The notes under the pieces: generated by a model
What the model was told of the DNA's origin: nothing
Databases searched by the model: none
Seen by the model: the letters and a program-made list of their open reading frames with translations, nothing else
DNA from: Cladosporium halotolerans
Taxonomy: Eukaryota
Direction of reading: 5' to 3'
Assembly: GCF_011745625.1 (NCBI RefSeq)
Contig: NW_027191473.1
Coordinates: 62,001 to 126,000 of the forward strand
Length of the DNA: 64,000 nt
Shown: piece by piece, positions 1 to 11,622 of the stretch
Position numbering within the stretch: the first letter of the stretch is position 1
Layout of the letters: each line of letters begins with the position of its first letter
Made by a program: the position numbers and the translations under genes

Positions 1-1212
1 GACGAGGTTGCCGAGGTCATGTTTGCGATAGGGTTGGGCGATGTCTGCTTGGCATAGGCCAACCCTCGCCGGAAAGGTGGCGGCTCGTATGTGATACCGA
101 ACTCAGGTGTGACACAGAAAGGGCATGCCGCGACTTCCGAGACCAGCATCTCCGCTTCCTCCTCGGGCGGTCGTTCTTCGCCCGGCTGTTCGTGCTCAGG
201 CGGATGGGGGTCCGGTCGCTTGATCTGAACGAAACACTCCGAGCAGATGGGCTGGTCGCAGCATCTTGTCTTGTTTAGATATGGCGGATAGTACAGAAAA
301 CAAATAGGGCATTCAGCGGGCTCCCGGTAGAGATATGCTTCGATAGGAAGACCGCTGACATAAGGATCCTGCGGCAGCCGGATCTCCTGAGGGCCTAAAT
401 CAGGAGATTGGCTTTTAGATCCAGTGGCGAGAGACGCGAGTGTCTTCGCACGCCCACGGAACAGTTGGCCAGCTCCAGCTGATGGCGTTCCACTACCAGA
501 GCCAGGAACCTCCAGATGACCGCCAACAGACCTGTCGGACTGGTAGGATTGTGATCGTGAGTCTATGGGAACCGTTAAGTTATTAATATTGACCTCGGAG
601 CCGCGCGGATTGTTGGATGATGATCGCGCCATCTCTGGAGGGACTTCATCTGCCGCTGGGATGGGCAGGCCACGTGCTGCAGCGACTAACTGGTGTTCGG
701 TCCATGAGCTAGAGTGAGTGTCAAGTCCCTTCCAGAACGGGGCCAGCCTTCGTTCAATCTGCACACGATCAGTATCCAGTTGGAAGCCCGAGCTGGGATG
801 TCCAACCTACCTGTAATTGCCTCACTACCGGCTTGCTGTAGTCCTCAGGTCCAATATACGTGCCTAGCGTGACCAGATACCCTCCATCAACGTGCTCTTC
901 CCGCATACTCCTCTCGCGCTCCTTCAACCTGGCCTGCCGCTCGCGCTCAGTGCGCCTGGCTTCCTTCTCCTGTCGTGTCTCACGCACTCGCTCCTGCTGT
1001 GGCTGCTCCTCGCCTCGACTTCGACCCAGATGCAGGAAAGACAGGTCATGTCTGCTGCTGCGCCGGCTTCCGTTGCCGTTGGCTCGAGGGCCATAGATCT
1101 GGGATACTAGTCGATCATGGCCGGCTTGCTGGTTGGAAGGAAGGCTCGGAGAGGCGGGCTCGCTCATTCGGCGGCCCTGGTTGTGCGAGTCCTTGGACGA
1201 GCTGTTGCCCAT
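1..1212 (-). CDS. SIP5: SIP5-like protein (RING-like Cys cluster); 3' end runs off the window
   Basis: Exon 1 1212..811 starts MGNSSSK (N-myristoylation-type) and contains [13 protein letters not shown]. Intron 810..759 (GTAGGT...TGCAG). Exon 2 gives [13 protein letters not shown] and [33 protein letters not shown], typical of fungal Sip5. Confidence 0.85.
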
Positions 1213-2768
1213 GTTGGACAGATGCCGTCACGCGAGGACGCAAAAGACGGCGGTGTTTGACTCGAGATCCCCAGAGAGTCCAGAGTGGGGCCAAGGACGG
1301 GGAGGATGGTGCGGCGAAGTTAGGGCATCTAGGGGCGGTATCGATGACAGCCGTGGGAGTAAAAGCGTTTGCGCACGCTCGCGTGCGTGCTGTTTGCTGG
1401 GCGGATGAGGTGTGTTTTGGGCTGGGTGAGGGCGCTGATCGCAGCGTGAGGGCGAGGCGCGGGAAGACAATCCTCGGTAGCGGGTATCGGCGGGTGGTGG
1501 AGATGGGCACGGGTGAAGTCGCGGGGCAATGATGCTAAGATCTGGATGCGCAGTACAGAGCTGTGTGGTGAGGTGAAGTGCAGAAGCACAGCAGCGCAGA
1601 AGCAGAAGCAGTCAAGAGGCACAACAGCACGCGGCACGGTAAGGTCGGCGAGCAAGGCCTGAGGTGCGGCAAACAAGGCGGGCGAGCTTACCTCACCTTG
1701 CCTGTAGTGCCTACCGCGCCCGCGCCCGCGCAGCCTCGACGTCTCTGCGCTGCAACCCACAAGCTCTGGGGATCCTGGCCGACGTGTGACGTGCGCTGGG
1801 GCCTGCATACATGTACGCAACGACTGCACCACCGCCGCCTCCACCATCACCGCCGTCGACGCTGCAAATGCTCACGAGGACCGCAGTGCATATGCCGTAC
1901 TCGTCAGGATGTACATACACACACACCTCTCCGCCCTCCCGACATCCTGCGACCTCCCTGGGCACGCTGACCGTCCCGTCCACCCTCCGCGAGCATCCCA
2001 ACCATGACGTGTCGCCTGCTGTCAATCTTTTCACTCTTTGTCACGGCCCAAACTCAATCACCGCGGCTTGCTCAAAGCCTGTCAAGCCTGTCGCCCTGTC
2101 TAGCAATCACACTTTAGCAATCGCACTTCAGCCGCGCTACTCCGTGGAAATGCTAACAAAATGCTTGTCTGCCTTGGCACGTTGGGCCGCGAAAGGGACG
2201 CCGCGTCCTGCTGACTGCGGTCAATACTCGACGCCCGACGGGCATCAACAATTGCGTTCAATGCCACGCGTGCCTGGACCACCAGGGACAGGCGTGCAAA
2301 TGCACACCTTACGTAGCCTTCACATGCCTGCCAAAACGAGTCGGCGAAATGCAGCCTCAGGAACGCATTATTTTGCTACTGCTATCTTCTCGTGACGATG
2401 GTATGACGATGATACGGTTATCAGCATGCTGCATCTCGCAGACAGCTCCGCATCCTGATACCCTTTGGTACATAAGAAACACTGCATGCCATTCTGCGAA
2501 TTTTGAGACTCTGGAAAACGATTGATGCCACGTGCGTTTGCAAGGTCGTCAGTCATACTGCCCCTAACGCCGGTCTCATGGAGCATTAGCGAACGGTAAA
2601 GTAGTAATTTTATTTTATTCGATCTTATTAACCGTACCTAAAATGCCCAGTGCCGGACTCACAATATCCTCCAAGTCGTCCAACGGCACAGATGATCCTA
2701 TTTAACCCATTCATAAAATCATGAAAACAAAAGGCCGTCTAGATGACCCGATCTTCCAAACTCGAAAT

Positions 2769-4061
2769 CTACCTCAATGGCAATGAAGCCTCCGCAGGAT
2801 ATGCTGGCTCCTCCGGACGCGGTTGCGGGCTCTGAGCAGGAGTCAACCAAGGCTCAGCCGGCGTCTCTGGCACAAGCATCTCCTGCTTGCCCTTCGCACG
2901 CTTGTTGACGTAGTCTTTGCCTGGGCTGTCCCAAGCGTAATCAAGCCATTCATCCAAGTGCTCGCGAATACCATCGGCCAGAATCTGCACCGCCTTCTGG
3001 CGGTTCAAGCTCCACTCGTGGTCTCTCTTCCACCTGCCGGCGCGCCTCGCGGTCTCTTCGCCGCCCTCAAGCCCGTCCAGGATCGACCGCCAGACTTGCA
3101 TGGTCTTCTCCAGCTCGCTGCTCTTGCTCACGCCCATGACGCTGACGCCCAGCCTGTCGCCTCCGACCTCCTCGATCGACTCCTTCGTCCACGGCACACC
3201 GGACGCCGGATCACCGCGCGATCCCACACTGGAGCCCGCGCGCAGCCAGGTCTCCAACGCCCAGCGAATCGCAACAACCTCCAGCTTCTCATCGTGGCGG
3301 TCGCAGAAATCGCTCGCCCGCTTCACCGCTGCGCGCAGATCATTATTCGCCGGGTGCCAATTCCCCATACTCCCGATCGGAACGCCCTGGCGCCTCAACA
3401 ATCCCATGCCCAGCACCGACGCATTCGGCACAACATCCACGCCCGCCGCCTTCAGCTCCCGTATCCCCTCCTTGGCCAACAACTCGTTCTGCAGCGTGAA
3501 GTTCGCATACGACATCACCGCGTCCAGCGGCTCGCCCGTCTCCCGCAGCACCCTGTGCGCCAGCGAGCACAGCACCGGCAGCGGGTAGCCCGAGATGCCC
3601 ACGTACCGGATGGAGCCCTCCTCGTCGCGTATCCGCCTCAGCTCGCGCACGGCTTCGAGCACCTCCTCCTCGGAAACGAACTCCACGTCGTGGCAGTACA
3701 CCAAGTCCAAATACCCCGTCTTCAGCCTCTGCAGACTCCGCGCGACGCTCTGCCGCACCCATTCCTTCGAGTAGTCGAACTCGTCGCCCGCGATCCGCCC
3801 CACTTTCGTCACGAGGCACAGCTGCTCGCGCGGAACATTCTGCTTGACGAAGGGCGTGTCGAGCGCGGCGCCGAGGATTTCTTCCGACGGTCCGTAGTAG
3901 GGCGACGTGTCGAAGGCGCGCACGCCGTATTCGAGCGCTTGTTGCACGAGGCCCGTCGTGTCGAGCTCATAGGGGTCGGGGTTGTACTGGTAGTTGAATG
4001 TCGCGGTGCCGAAGATGAGGGGCGGCAGGACGGAGGAGAGGGGCGCGGTGGGTTTCGCCAT
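2769..4061 (-). CDS. ARA2: Aldo/keto reductase, D-arabinose 1-dehydrogenase / L-galactose dehydrogenase-like
   Basis: Intronless ORF from ATG at 4061 (MAKPTAP). AKR motifs LIFGTATF, FDTSPYYGPSE, TKVGR, LDLVYCHDVEF, VGISGYPL. Confidence 0.8.
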   Translation of the reverse strand: MAKPTAPLSSVLPPLIFGTATFNYQYNPDPYELDTTGLVQQALEYGVRAFDTSPYYGPSEEILGAALDTPFVKQNVPREQLCLVTKVGRIAGDEFDYSKEWVRQSVARSLQRLKTGYLDLVYCHDVEFVSEEEVLEAVRELRRIRDEEGSIRYVGISGYPLPVLCSLAHRVLRETGEPLDAVMSYANFTLQNELLAKEGIRELKAAGVDVVPNASVLGMGLLRRQGVPIGSMGNWHPANNDLRAAVKRASDFCDRHDEKLEVVAIRWALETWLRAGSSVGSRGDPASGVPWTKESIEEVGGDRLGVSVMGVSKSSELEKTMQVWRSILDGLEGGEETARRAGRWKRDHEWSLNRQKAVQILADGIREHLDEWLDYAWDSPGKDYVNKRAKGKQEMLVPETPAEPWLTPAQSPQPRPEEPAYPAEASLPLR

Positions 4062-5058
4062 GATTGCGCGGCGGGGTTGGTGTGAGGGGGAGGGTGAGTG
4101 AACGAAGTAGAATCGGTGTCTTCTAGAAGGGAATGGGTCTAGGCGACCTGGCGTCTTGAAACTGTAGTCGTCGCTGTCGCGGCCCAAGGCGATCGCACCT
4201 CAACCGTTCGAGCAGGTGGGATTAGCGGTGCGAAGCTTATAGGTACCGTGCCGAGTACTTTTTTCTCTCTTCTCCCTTTGCCGAGCGCGTGCGCGCAGAC
4301 TGCGAAAACCAAAGAACCGCCCGCGCGTGTAATGTCGACGACGTCAAGGACCAAACTGCCAAAAAAACCCAGTCCCTTCAGCCTAGCAATCAGTCGCGGC
4401 ATGCAATTCCTAATCAGCCCACCCCCACCGGCGCGTAGAATTCGATGCGAGGGCGGAATACACTAACGCTGACGCCATAGATCTGGGAGTGGGGGCCAGA
4501 AGCCGCTCCCTGCAGGGTTCCGAGGTAGTTTGATTGGCCGATGCAGCAAGGCTAGAAAGTTGCGTGCGCGATAAGGCCAGGGAGCAGTCGGAAGGGCTGA
4601 GAGCGCGTTTGGCAGCCGGGGCAGATGCGGATGGCGGTGAGGGTGAGGGGCACGTGGGAATCCTCGCTCGTCCGCCTTGCTCCGGTGGCAGGTGGCACGG
4701 GTGGCTGCTCGTTGTTATCTCCACCAAAGTCTTCGCTTCCGGGAGTCTGGGCTTCCGAGTATTTTTGGGGTGTCACGTGATGGTCGCGGTCGGGAGCTCG
4801 GGTGTGACAGCGGGACAGCTAGATCTAATCAGATTGAGTAACAGATTCCCGTTCCCGGCCTCACTGACCTGCTCACCGCGCTCTTCGTCTCTGGGCACCG
4901 ACTCCTGCCGCCGCTGCGTGACCGAGGGCGCGGCGTTTGTGAGTCGTGTGCTGTCTGTGTTGAGTTCTGTGGTGCTGGCCGCTCTCTGCTCTCGCATCAT
5001 CTACCCCGTGCTTATCTGATTTCGACTTGATGTTCGCGTTCATCACTCCAACGCCGCC

Positions 5059-6954
5059 ATGATCATAGACCGCATCATCGCTCAGTCCGGCGATGTCTTC
5101 ATTTCTTCTGCCGACCGCGAGAGCCGGGAAGAGCTCGTCAGAAAGCTGATCGCGGGTGCTGAAAGAACAAAGTGGGCCATCTACCACTACCAAATCACGC
5201 TGGCATGCGTCGTGCTGGTGCTTGCTATCCGCCATGCCTGGGATACTTTCACTAGGTCTCGTAGGGCGGCAAAATTATCCAGGCCTCTTGCGGTTTATGC
5301 ACGAGCGCCGACCGTCTCAGAATACAAGGCTCGAGAGAGATGTAGGGACCGAGATGGGTCTGATTCACTTGGCAGCAGCACCACGTTGATGGAAGATGGT
5401 ATGATCGTTGAGCAGGCGAGCCAGCCATGGAAAGCAGACGATCGAACGACGCTGCTGCCAAAATCCGACCGGAAAGTGACGCTAATATCACGATTACGAT
5501 CTTTTTTAATGTATCAGCCGCGGCCTATACCCTTCTTCAACAAGACTTTACCAGAGAATGCCACGACTTTGCTCATCCTGGCTCTTCTGGCCATCAATAT
5601 ATACTTCACGGTTTTGGAAATAGTCTGGGAGATACCCCTGATGTATGTCTTTTCTGACCGTACCTCCCTTATCTTTGCCGCCAACCTGCCCTGGCTCTAC
5701 ATTCTTGGAGCGAAGAATCAGCCACTACGCCTCCTCACTGGACATTCTTACGAACACCTCAACATCCTTCACCGTCGGCTGGGTGAATGGCTGTGCTTCG
5801 TCGCTCTACTGCACGCGGGCAGCATGTTTATGACATGGTACACGTTCTTCCGGCCCAACGGTGGATCTCTACAATGGTTTCTCGCAGAGAGAACCGTTTA
5901 TATCGGCCTCATCACCCTCGCGCTCTACGAGACACTCTACGCCACCAGTCTGGCGAGCTTCCGCAGATGGTGGTACGAACTCTTCCTCGGACTGCACGTT
6001 GGACTACAAGCAGGCGCTTTGGGCTTTCTTTATTTCCACCACCGCGGCACCAAATCCTTCGTCCGCATCACCCTCGCCATCTTCCTCCTCGACCGCCTCG
6101 TCTTCCGCCTCCTTGCAAAAACCCGCTCCATCCAGGCGGACATCAAACTAATGCCCGACCGCAACACCGTCCTCCTATCCGCAAACTGGGTCCTCCCCAC
6201 CCGCCGCCGCACACTCCTCACCTCCGTCCTCCCCCACCCAATCCTCCAAGGCTGGTCCCCCGCCGCCCACATCTTCCTCACAATCCCCTCCCTCGGCCAC
6301 TCCCACGCACTCCAAGCACACCCCTTCACCATCGCCTCCGCCGCCCCAGCCCCCACCGACTCCCACGCCTGGCTCAACCTCATCGTCCGCGCCCTCGACG
6401 GCTTCACCCACGACCTCCTGCTCCGCGCCCACACGGCGCAGACGCTCAAAGCCCGCCTCGACGGGCCCTACGGCTCCAGCCACGCGCTGGACATGCTGCG
6501 CTCGAACGCCGTGGCCGTCGCGCTCGTCGGCGGCTCGGGCGTCGCCGTCGCGTACCCGCTGCTCTGGGCTCTTTTGCATCCTACTCCCGCTGGCGCGGAC
6601 GCGGACGCGGACCCTGAGCCCGCGGCTTCTAGGCCAAAGCGCAGAACCGCTCTGATCTGGATCGTGCACCAGGCGGAGCATGTTGAGTGGATCGGCCGTG
6701 AGCGACTCGACGAGCTGGCGGCGCTGGGCTTGAAGGTTGTGTTGCCGGCGCCGACGCGGGAGGCGGGGAGGCCGGATGTGGAGGGGTTGGTGAGGGGGGT
6801 TATTGAGGAGATGACTACTGGGGAGGAGGGGGAGAGCGTTGGGGTGCTGGTTTCGGGGCCAGATGGGATGAATCGGGCGGCGAGGAATTGTTGTGCGCGG
6901 ATGGTGAGGGAGGGGCTGGGGATCGAGGTTAGGGTGGAGAAGTTTGGGTGGTAG
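5059..6954 (+). CDS. Ferric/cupric reductase family transmembrane flavocytochrome
   Basis: 631-aa ORF with TM helices and heme His pairs (LHRRLG...LLHA; LHVGLQ...YFHH), FAD motif HPFTIAS, DGPYG, NADPH motif GGSGVA, SGPDGM and terminal EKFGW. Confidence 0.85.
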   Translation: MIIDRIIAQSGDVFISSADRESREELVRKLIAGAERTKWAIYHYQITLACVVLVLAIRHAWDTFTRSRRAAKLSRPLAVYARAPTVSEYKARERCRDRDGSDSLGSSTTLMEDGMIVEQASQPWKADDRTTLLPKSDRKVTLISRLRSFLMYQPRPIPFFNKTLPENATTLLILALLAINIYFTVLEIVWEIPLMYVFSDRTSLIFAANLPWLYILGAKNQPLRLLTGHSYEHLNILHRRLGEWLCFVALLHAGSMFMTWYTFFRPNGGSLQWFLAERTVYIGLITLALYETLYATSLASFRRWWYELFLGLHVGLQAGALGFLYFHHRGTKSFVRITLAIFLLDRLVFRLLAKTRSIQADIKLMPDRNTVLLSANWVLPTRRRTLLTSVLPHPILQGWSPAAHIFLTIPSLGHSHALQAHPFTIASAAPAPTDSHAWLNLIVRALDGFTHDLLLRAHTAQTLKARLDGPYGSSHALDMLRSNAVAVALVGGSGVAVAYPLLWALLHPTPAGADADADPEPAASRPKRRTALIWIVHQAEHVEWIGRERLDELAALGLKVVLPAPTREAGRPDVEGLVRGVIEEMTTGEEGESVGVLVSGPDGMNRAARNCCARMVREGLGIEVRVEKFGW

Positions 6955-6971
6955 GGTGAGGTGTTGGTGGT

Positions 6972-6998
6972 GGAGGAGGAGGAGGAGGAGGAGGAGGA
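6972..6998 (+). repeat. (GGA)9 microsatellite just downstream of the reductase stop
   Basis: Directly visible GGA run. Confidence 0.9.
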
Positions 6999-7641
6999 AA
7001 AGGAAGAGCATCGTAGTTGCTCATGGATGGCGGCTTGCACTTGGTATGCTTGGTTCTTTAGATATACACATGGGCAACGAGCAATGAGGGAGTGCTTTGA
7101 TAGATCACTAGATTATTACATGGGGACGGATCCCGCAGCGTCCGTAGTCTCTATTTAAGGTTGCAAGATCTTAGAAGCACATCTTGTCGTTTGACTAAAT
7201 GATCTCTTATAAAAGTACCACATCCCTATTGAAAAATCTCCCTCCATCGTACAGCAAGGTTGGTGGTGGTGCTAAGGCTGCGTAATGACAAGAACGGCTG
7301 CGTAGATTCTGACACGACCTGGGCAAGCCCCCCTCAGGCATCTTTTTGACTTCCTTTCACTTGACTGTGGAGCACTTCGCCATATCGTTTGCCATTTCGC
7401 AATATCTGTTTTGTATCTCATCTATAGATTCTCAGACACAAAGCACACAACGGCCGGCGCAACGATCGAACAGTTTCAAGAAAGCTTCATGGTTGTTGTT
7501 TGCGCCTAAAGCGGCGATCCATAAGCCAACGCCACTTCACCAGAGCGTTCCATTAATATCTTCCCTTTCCAAAGCAACGTTGCAAACGACGATGCGATCA
7601 CCGTGGGACTGAAGCTGTGCTCCAAGACGTTTACTTCAAAG

Positions 7642-10600
7642 ATGATGGAAGGTGCCAAGGCCCCGGACTCTTCGTCGTCGCACGCTTCCACGCCTAGGGC
7701 CAATCAGTCATCAGCTGAGGAGTTCGGCACTCCAACGGACGGTTCGCAAACGTCGCCTTCTCTGTCTGAGGCAAATGACATTTTAGCTAGACCTAAGGTG
7801 CTGGAGTCGAAGATCTCGAGCGAGGCTAGCCATTTCCTGTCCGACCTTTCGAACTTTCTGGCTCTAGGCTGCCTTGTTGTCGAAAGAGGCGTGGCGGATG
7901 GATCTCCTGAGTACGACGAGGGCGGCAATCTCGTATGGCACGATATTGTTCCTGAAGATGAAAACTTGTGTCGATTGGCCACGGCCGGCTGGATAAGGGC
8001 GCAGCACTGTCAAAGCGTCGCCGATCCAAGGTATACCATTTATCGAATCTACATCTTACCTGGTGACGTTGGGCTTCGCTTCTTCGATAGACAGAGCAGG
8101 CGATTACAAGCGTCTCTGGAAGCCATCATCGCAAAAATCGATGTCAGTTCTGAGACTTGGAGCGGCAGCTACGCTTCTGGCCAGCATGTCGGCTTCGATC
8201 AATGGGCCAAAAGCGACGAGGGCTCGCTCTTTTACATGTTTAACAAGCTACCGTCACCGCGCCCTGATCCGTCTGTCGTCAAAGAGAAGTACACCCGAGA
8301 AGCGCTGGAAGATCTTCTCGACCCAAGCTCAGCGCTTGTAGGCCTCAAAACGCCGCTGTATCCTTACCAACGACGATCCGCGGCTCTGATGCTGCAGCGA
8401 GAATCTGTACCGACTTTGCAGCTGGACCCGAGGCTGGAACTTCGATCGGCGCCGGACGGCTCACAGTTCTACTATGGCGCACGCGACCTGCAGTTCGTTC
8501 GAAACCCTCGATACTACGAGTCCAGCCGTGGTGGAATTTTGGCGGAGACGATGGGCTTGGGGAAGACTTTGATGTGTTTGGCACTGATCTTAGCGACCCG
8601 TAATCATCTCCCGAAAGTTCCTGCTGCGTATGGCATTCCGCCTGTGCGGGCAGAAGTTGCGTCGCTGGCGGATATGGCTGTTTCGGCGATCAATCGGAAG
8701 TCTGTACCCTGGAAAGTCGAGTTCGAGCGGATCGCCCATGCCACTCAGGAGGATATGGGCAGCTGTGTTGAGAGGCTGCAGCGCGACCTGCCTGGATACG
8801 AAATACCGGTGGAGCCTGTCCGCTGGAACCGCAAAACAGTCATTCCTCCTCCGTTGAAGAAGACTCTGGCGGCGACCACGCTGATTGTCGTTCCTCGGAA
8901 TCTGTGTAAGCAGTGGCATTCTGAGATCCACAAGCATGTCGATGAGGGCATATTGCGAATACTTCTCATGGAGGATTCGAAAAGCGTCCTACCTCCTGCT
9001 CGTGAACTTCGCGAGTACGACGTTGTGTTGTTCAGTCGGACGCGCTTCGAGATGGAGGTCAAGGATGGCTCAGACGACCAAGGGCGCCGCATGGTCTCGA
9101 GGCCTCCGTCCTGCAACTGTCCTTACATTGGAGCCACGAGGACTGTGGACTGCCACTGCGTGAAGATGGACGACTTGTACGAGTCGCCCCTAAAACATCT
9201 GCATTTCAAACGCCTCATCATCGACGAGGGCCATTTCTTCTCATCGTCGAACACCACCGCGGTCACTGTCGCGAAGAAACTCGTGACGGCAGACCACCGC
9301 TGGGTCGTGAGCGGCACACCTGCGAAGGACCTCCTCGGCGTTGAAGCCGACATGTCGGTCGCGCAAGACGCCGCGCCAGATGGCCTGCAAGGGTCTCGGG
9401 ATGCGGTGCTTGACCAACGAAGACACTTCAACGTCAAAGAAGACACCACGGGCGCTATCAAAAGCCTCGGCACGCTTGCAAGCAACTTCCTCCGCATCAG
9501 GCCGTGGGCCGCAGAAGATCTGGGCGAGAGACCCGCAGTCTGGGAAGAGCATATCTACAGACACGAGGGACATCGAAGACGCACCTTCTCCGGCTTCTCG
9601 AGCTGTTTGCGACGAACTCTTGAGGCGATGGTAGTCAAAACGCAGCCGGAGGACGTCGAGCAGGACATTGACCTGCCGCCTCTCACTCACGAAGTCATCA
9701 GACTGCAACCTTCTTTCTACGACAAGCTGACCGCCAATTTGTTCACAATAGTCTTGACGGCCAACGCGGTCACGTCAGAGCGCACGGATGCCGACTACCT
9801 CTTCCACAAGAACAGCGCCCAGGCTCGATACCAGCTGATAGGCAATCTGCGTCAGAGCGCTTTCTTCTGGACGGGCTTCAGTGAGGAGGATATCGAGGCG
9901 TTCAGAAAGAACAGCAGAGGCTACCTGGACAAAGAGGGAACTAGCTGTAGTGTGGAAGACCGCCAGCTGTTAGAAGAGGCTCTCAAGGCATCGGAGGCGA
10001 TCCTGTCGTCGAACGGCTGGAAAGCGCTGAGTCGTTCACACGAGCTGGGCTTGTTCGTCGATCGGTGGCCGGCAGAGAGTGCGGATTTCTGGTCGTTTTG
10101 CGGGAATGTCTCGCCGTTACTTACGGGTATTACGCAGTTGTTGGAAGCTCAGAGGCACGTCAATGAACGCATCGGGCTGGACGATCCTGGAGAGGGCCTG
10201 GCAGGCGTCGGTATTCGGTCGCTCAGGCGTGCGCAGGAGGGCCATAGGGAAGATCAGGTTGTCAAGAAGGAGGCCAAACCCACTCTCTCGAAAGCTGGGA
10301 TTAGTCTCAGCGGCGAACCTACTCTCAAACGAAGATCTTCCGCGTCGAGCGTGACCACGAAAAGCCCAACGAAACAGCCGAAGACGAAGCAAACTAAAAG
10401 AAAGTGGGACAAGGAGAAGAAGGCTGCAGTGAAGGTCGAAACCGACCCCGACGACCCGCCCACCACCTACACCAACCCCTCAGTACCCACCCCCAAACGC
10501 CGCCTCAGCGACCTCCGCCACAGCACCCTCCCCGCCACCTCCCCCTTCAACCCCACAACCATAACCGGCACCACCTCCGCCAAACTCAGCTACCTCGCCT

Positions 10601-11622
10601 CGCAAATCCTCCGCCACCACAGCACGGAGAAAATCCTCGTCTTCTACGAAGGCGACAACATCGCCTACTACGTCGCGCAGACGCTCGAGCTCCTGCACAT
10701 CCCGCACGAAATCTACGCCAAATCGCTGCCCGCCGCGCTCAAAGCCGAGTACGTCGTGCGCTTCAACGAGCAAGCCGCCCAGCGCGTGCTGCTCATGGAC
10801 GTGCGGCACGCGGCCTTCGGGCTGAACATCTCCGCCGCGTCGCGCATCTTCTTCGTCAATCCGGTCTGTCGCCCGAACGTCGAGGCGCAGGCGATCAAGC
10901 GCGCGCACAGGATTGGGCAGACGCGGCCCGTGAGGGTCGAGACGCTGGTGCTGGCGGGGACGGTCGAGGAGAGGATGTATGAGCGCGCGAGGCGCATGAC
11001 GAACGTGGAGCATCAGGGGGTTAGCCATTTGGAGGATGATCGGGGGATGAGGGAGATTATTCAGGGGGCGAGGTTGATTGAGGTCAGGGAGGGGGAGGGG
11101 GTGGGACAGGGGCAGATGGCGCCGTTGGAGGTGCCGCAGAGGCTTTGGGGGAGGGAGGGGTGGTGGGATATGTTGGAGTTGGGGACTAAGGGGGTGCAGC
11201 AGCAGAGGGGTGGGAAGAGGGTGAGAGCAGGGACGCCCGGTGGGCAGGCGGATGGTGGGCTTGAGGAGCAGCCGCAGAGGAAGAAGAGGAAGAAGACGGT
11301 AAGGGTTGTGACGCCGCAGCTTCAGCCGGGGCCTGATGCGGCGAGTGCTGCACCGTCGACGGCGAGGAGTACGGATGGGCCTGGGCCTGTGATGGCTGGC
11401 GCCAGCGGCGCGAGTGGCGAAGACGATGAGGATGAGCCTATGATGCATCGCTGGCAGAGGCGTTTGTCTCAAGGGATGGAAAGACTCATGTCGGACAAAT
11501 CACAGGGGACACAGAACCTGACGAGACAGGAACTGGACTCTACGAATGGAGCAACAGAACAAGGCAGAGGATTGCACCCGGAGTATGCTCGTCCGTTGTC
11601 TGTCAACGAGTTGCTGAATTGA
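7642..11622 (+). CDS. SNF2-family helicase/ATPase
   Basis: Q motif LYPYQ, motif I GGILAETMGLGKT, motif II IIDEGH, motif III VSGTP, C-terminal AAFGLNI and QAIKRAHRIGQ. First ATG at 7642; no intron needed. Confidence 0.85.
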   Translation: MMEGAKAPDSSSSHASTPRANQSSAEEFGTPTDGSQTSPSLSEANDILARPKVLESKISSEASHFLSDLSNFLALGCLVVERGVADGSPEYDEGGNLVWHDIVPEDENLCRLATAGWIRAQHCQSVADPRYTIYRIYILPGDVGLRFFDRQSRRLQASLEAIIAKIDVSSETWSGSYASGQHVGFDQWAKSDEGSLFYMFNKLPSPRPDPSVVKEKYTREALEDLLDPSSALVGLKTPLYPYQRRSAALMLQRESVPTLQLDPRLELRSAPDGSQFYYGARDLQFVRNPRYYESSRGGILAETMGLGKTLMCLALILATRNHLPKVPAAYGIPPVRAEVASLADMAVSAINRKSVPWKVEFERIAHATQEDMGSCVERLQRDLPGYEIPVEPVRWNRKTVIPPPLKKTLAATTLIVVPRNLCKQWHSEIHKHVDEGILRILLMEDSKSVLPPARELREYDVVLFSRTRFEMEVKDGSDDQGRRMVSRPPSCNCPYIGATRTVDCHCVKMDDLYESPLKHLHFKRLIIDEGHFFSSSNTTAVTVAKKLVTADHRWVVSGTPAKDLLGVEADMSVAQDAAPDGLQGSRDAVLDQRRHFNVKEDTTGAIKSLGTLASNFLRIRPWAAEDLGERPAVWEEHIYRHEGHRRRTFSGFSSCLRRTLEAMVVKTQPEDVEQDIDLPPLTHEVIRLQPSFYDKLTANLFTIVLTANAVTSERTDADYLFHKNSAQARYQLIGNLRQSAFFWTGFSEEDIEAFRKNSRGYLDKEGTSCSVEDRQLLEEALKASEAILSSNGWKALSRSHELGLFVDRWPAESADFWSFCGNVSPLLTGITQLLEAQRHVNERIGLDDPGEGLAGVGIRSLRRAQEGHREDQVVKKEAKPTLSKAGISLSGEPTLKRRSSASSVTTKSPTKQPKTKQTKRKWDKEKKAAVKVETDPDDPPTTYTNPSVPTPKRRLSDLRHSTLPATSPFNPTTITGTTSAKLSYLASQILRHHSTEKILVFYEGDNIAYYVAQTLELLHIPHEIYAKSLPAALKAEYVVRFNEQAAQRVLLMDVRHAAFGLNISAASRIFFVNPVCRPNVEAQAIKRAHRIGQTRPVRVETLVLAGTVEERMYERARRMTNVEHQGVSHLEDDRGMREIIQGARLIEVREGEGVGQGQMAPLEVPQRLWGREGWWDMLELGTKGVQQQRGGKRVRAGTPGGQADGGLEEQPQRKKRKKTVRVVTPQLQPGPDAASAAPSTARSTDGPGPVMAGASGASGEDDEDEPMMHRWQRRLSQGMERLMSDKSQGTQNLTRQELDSTNGATEQGRGLHPEYARPLSVNELLN

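Noticed and set aside
2823..4085. 420-aa ORF antisense to the aldo-keto reductase, and similar antisense or alternative-frame ORFs at 6175-7011, 10480-11472, 12909-13652, 26908-27837 and 51006-51836
   Set aside because: They shadow real genes with strong GC3 bias, which suppresses stops in other frames, and their products carry no recognisable motifs.
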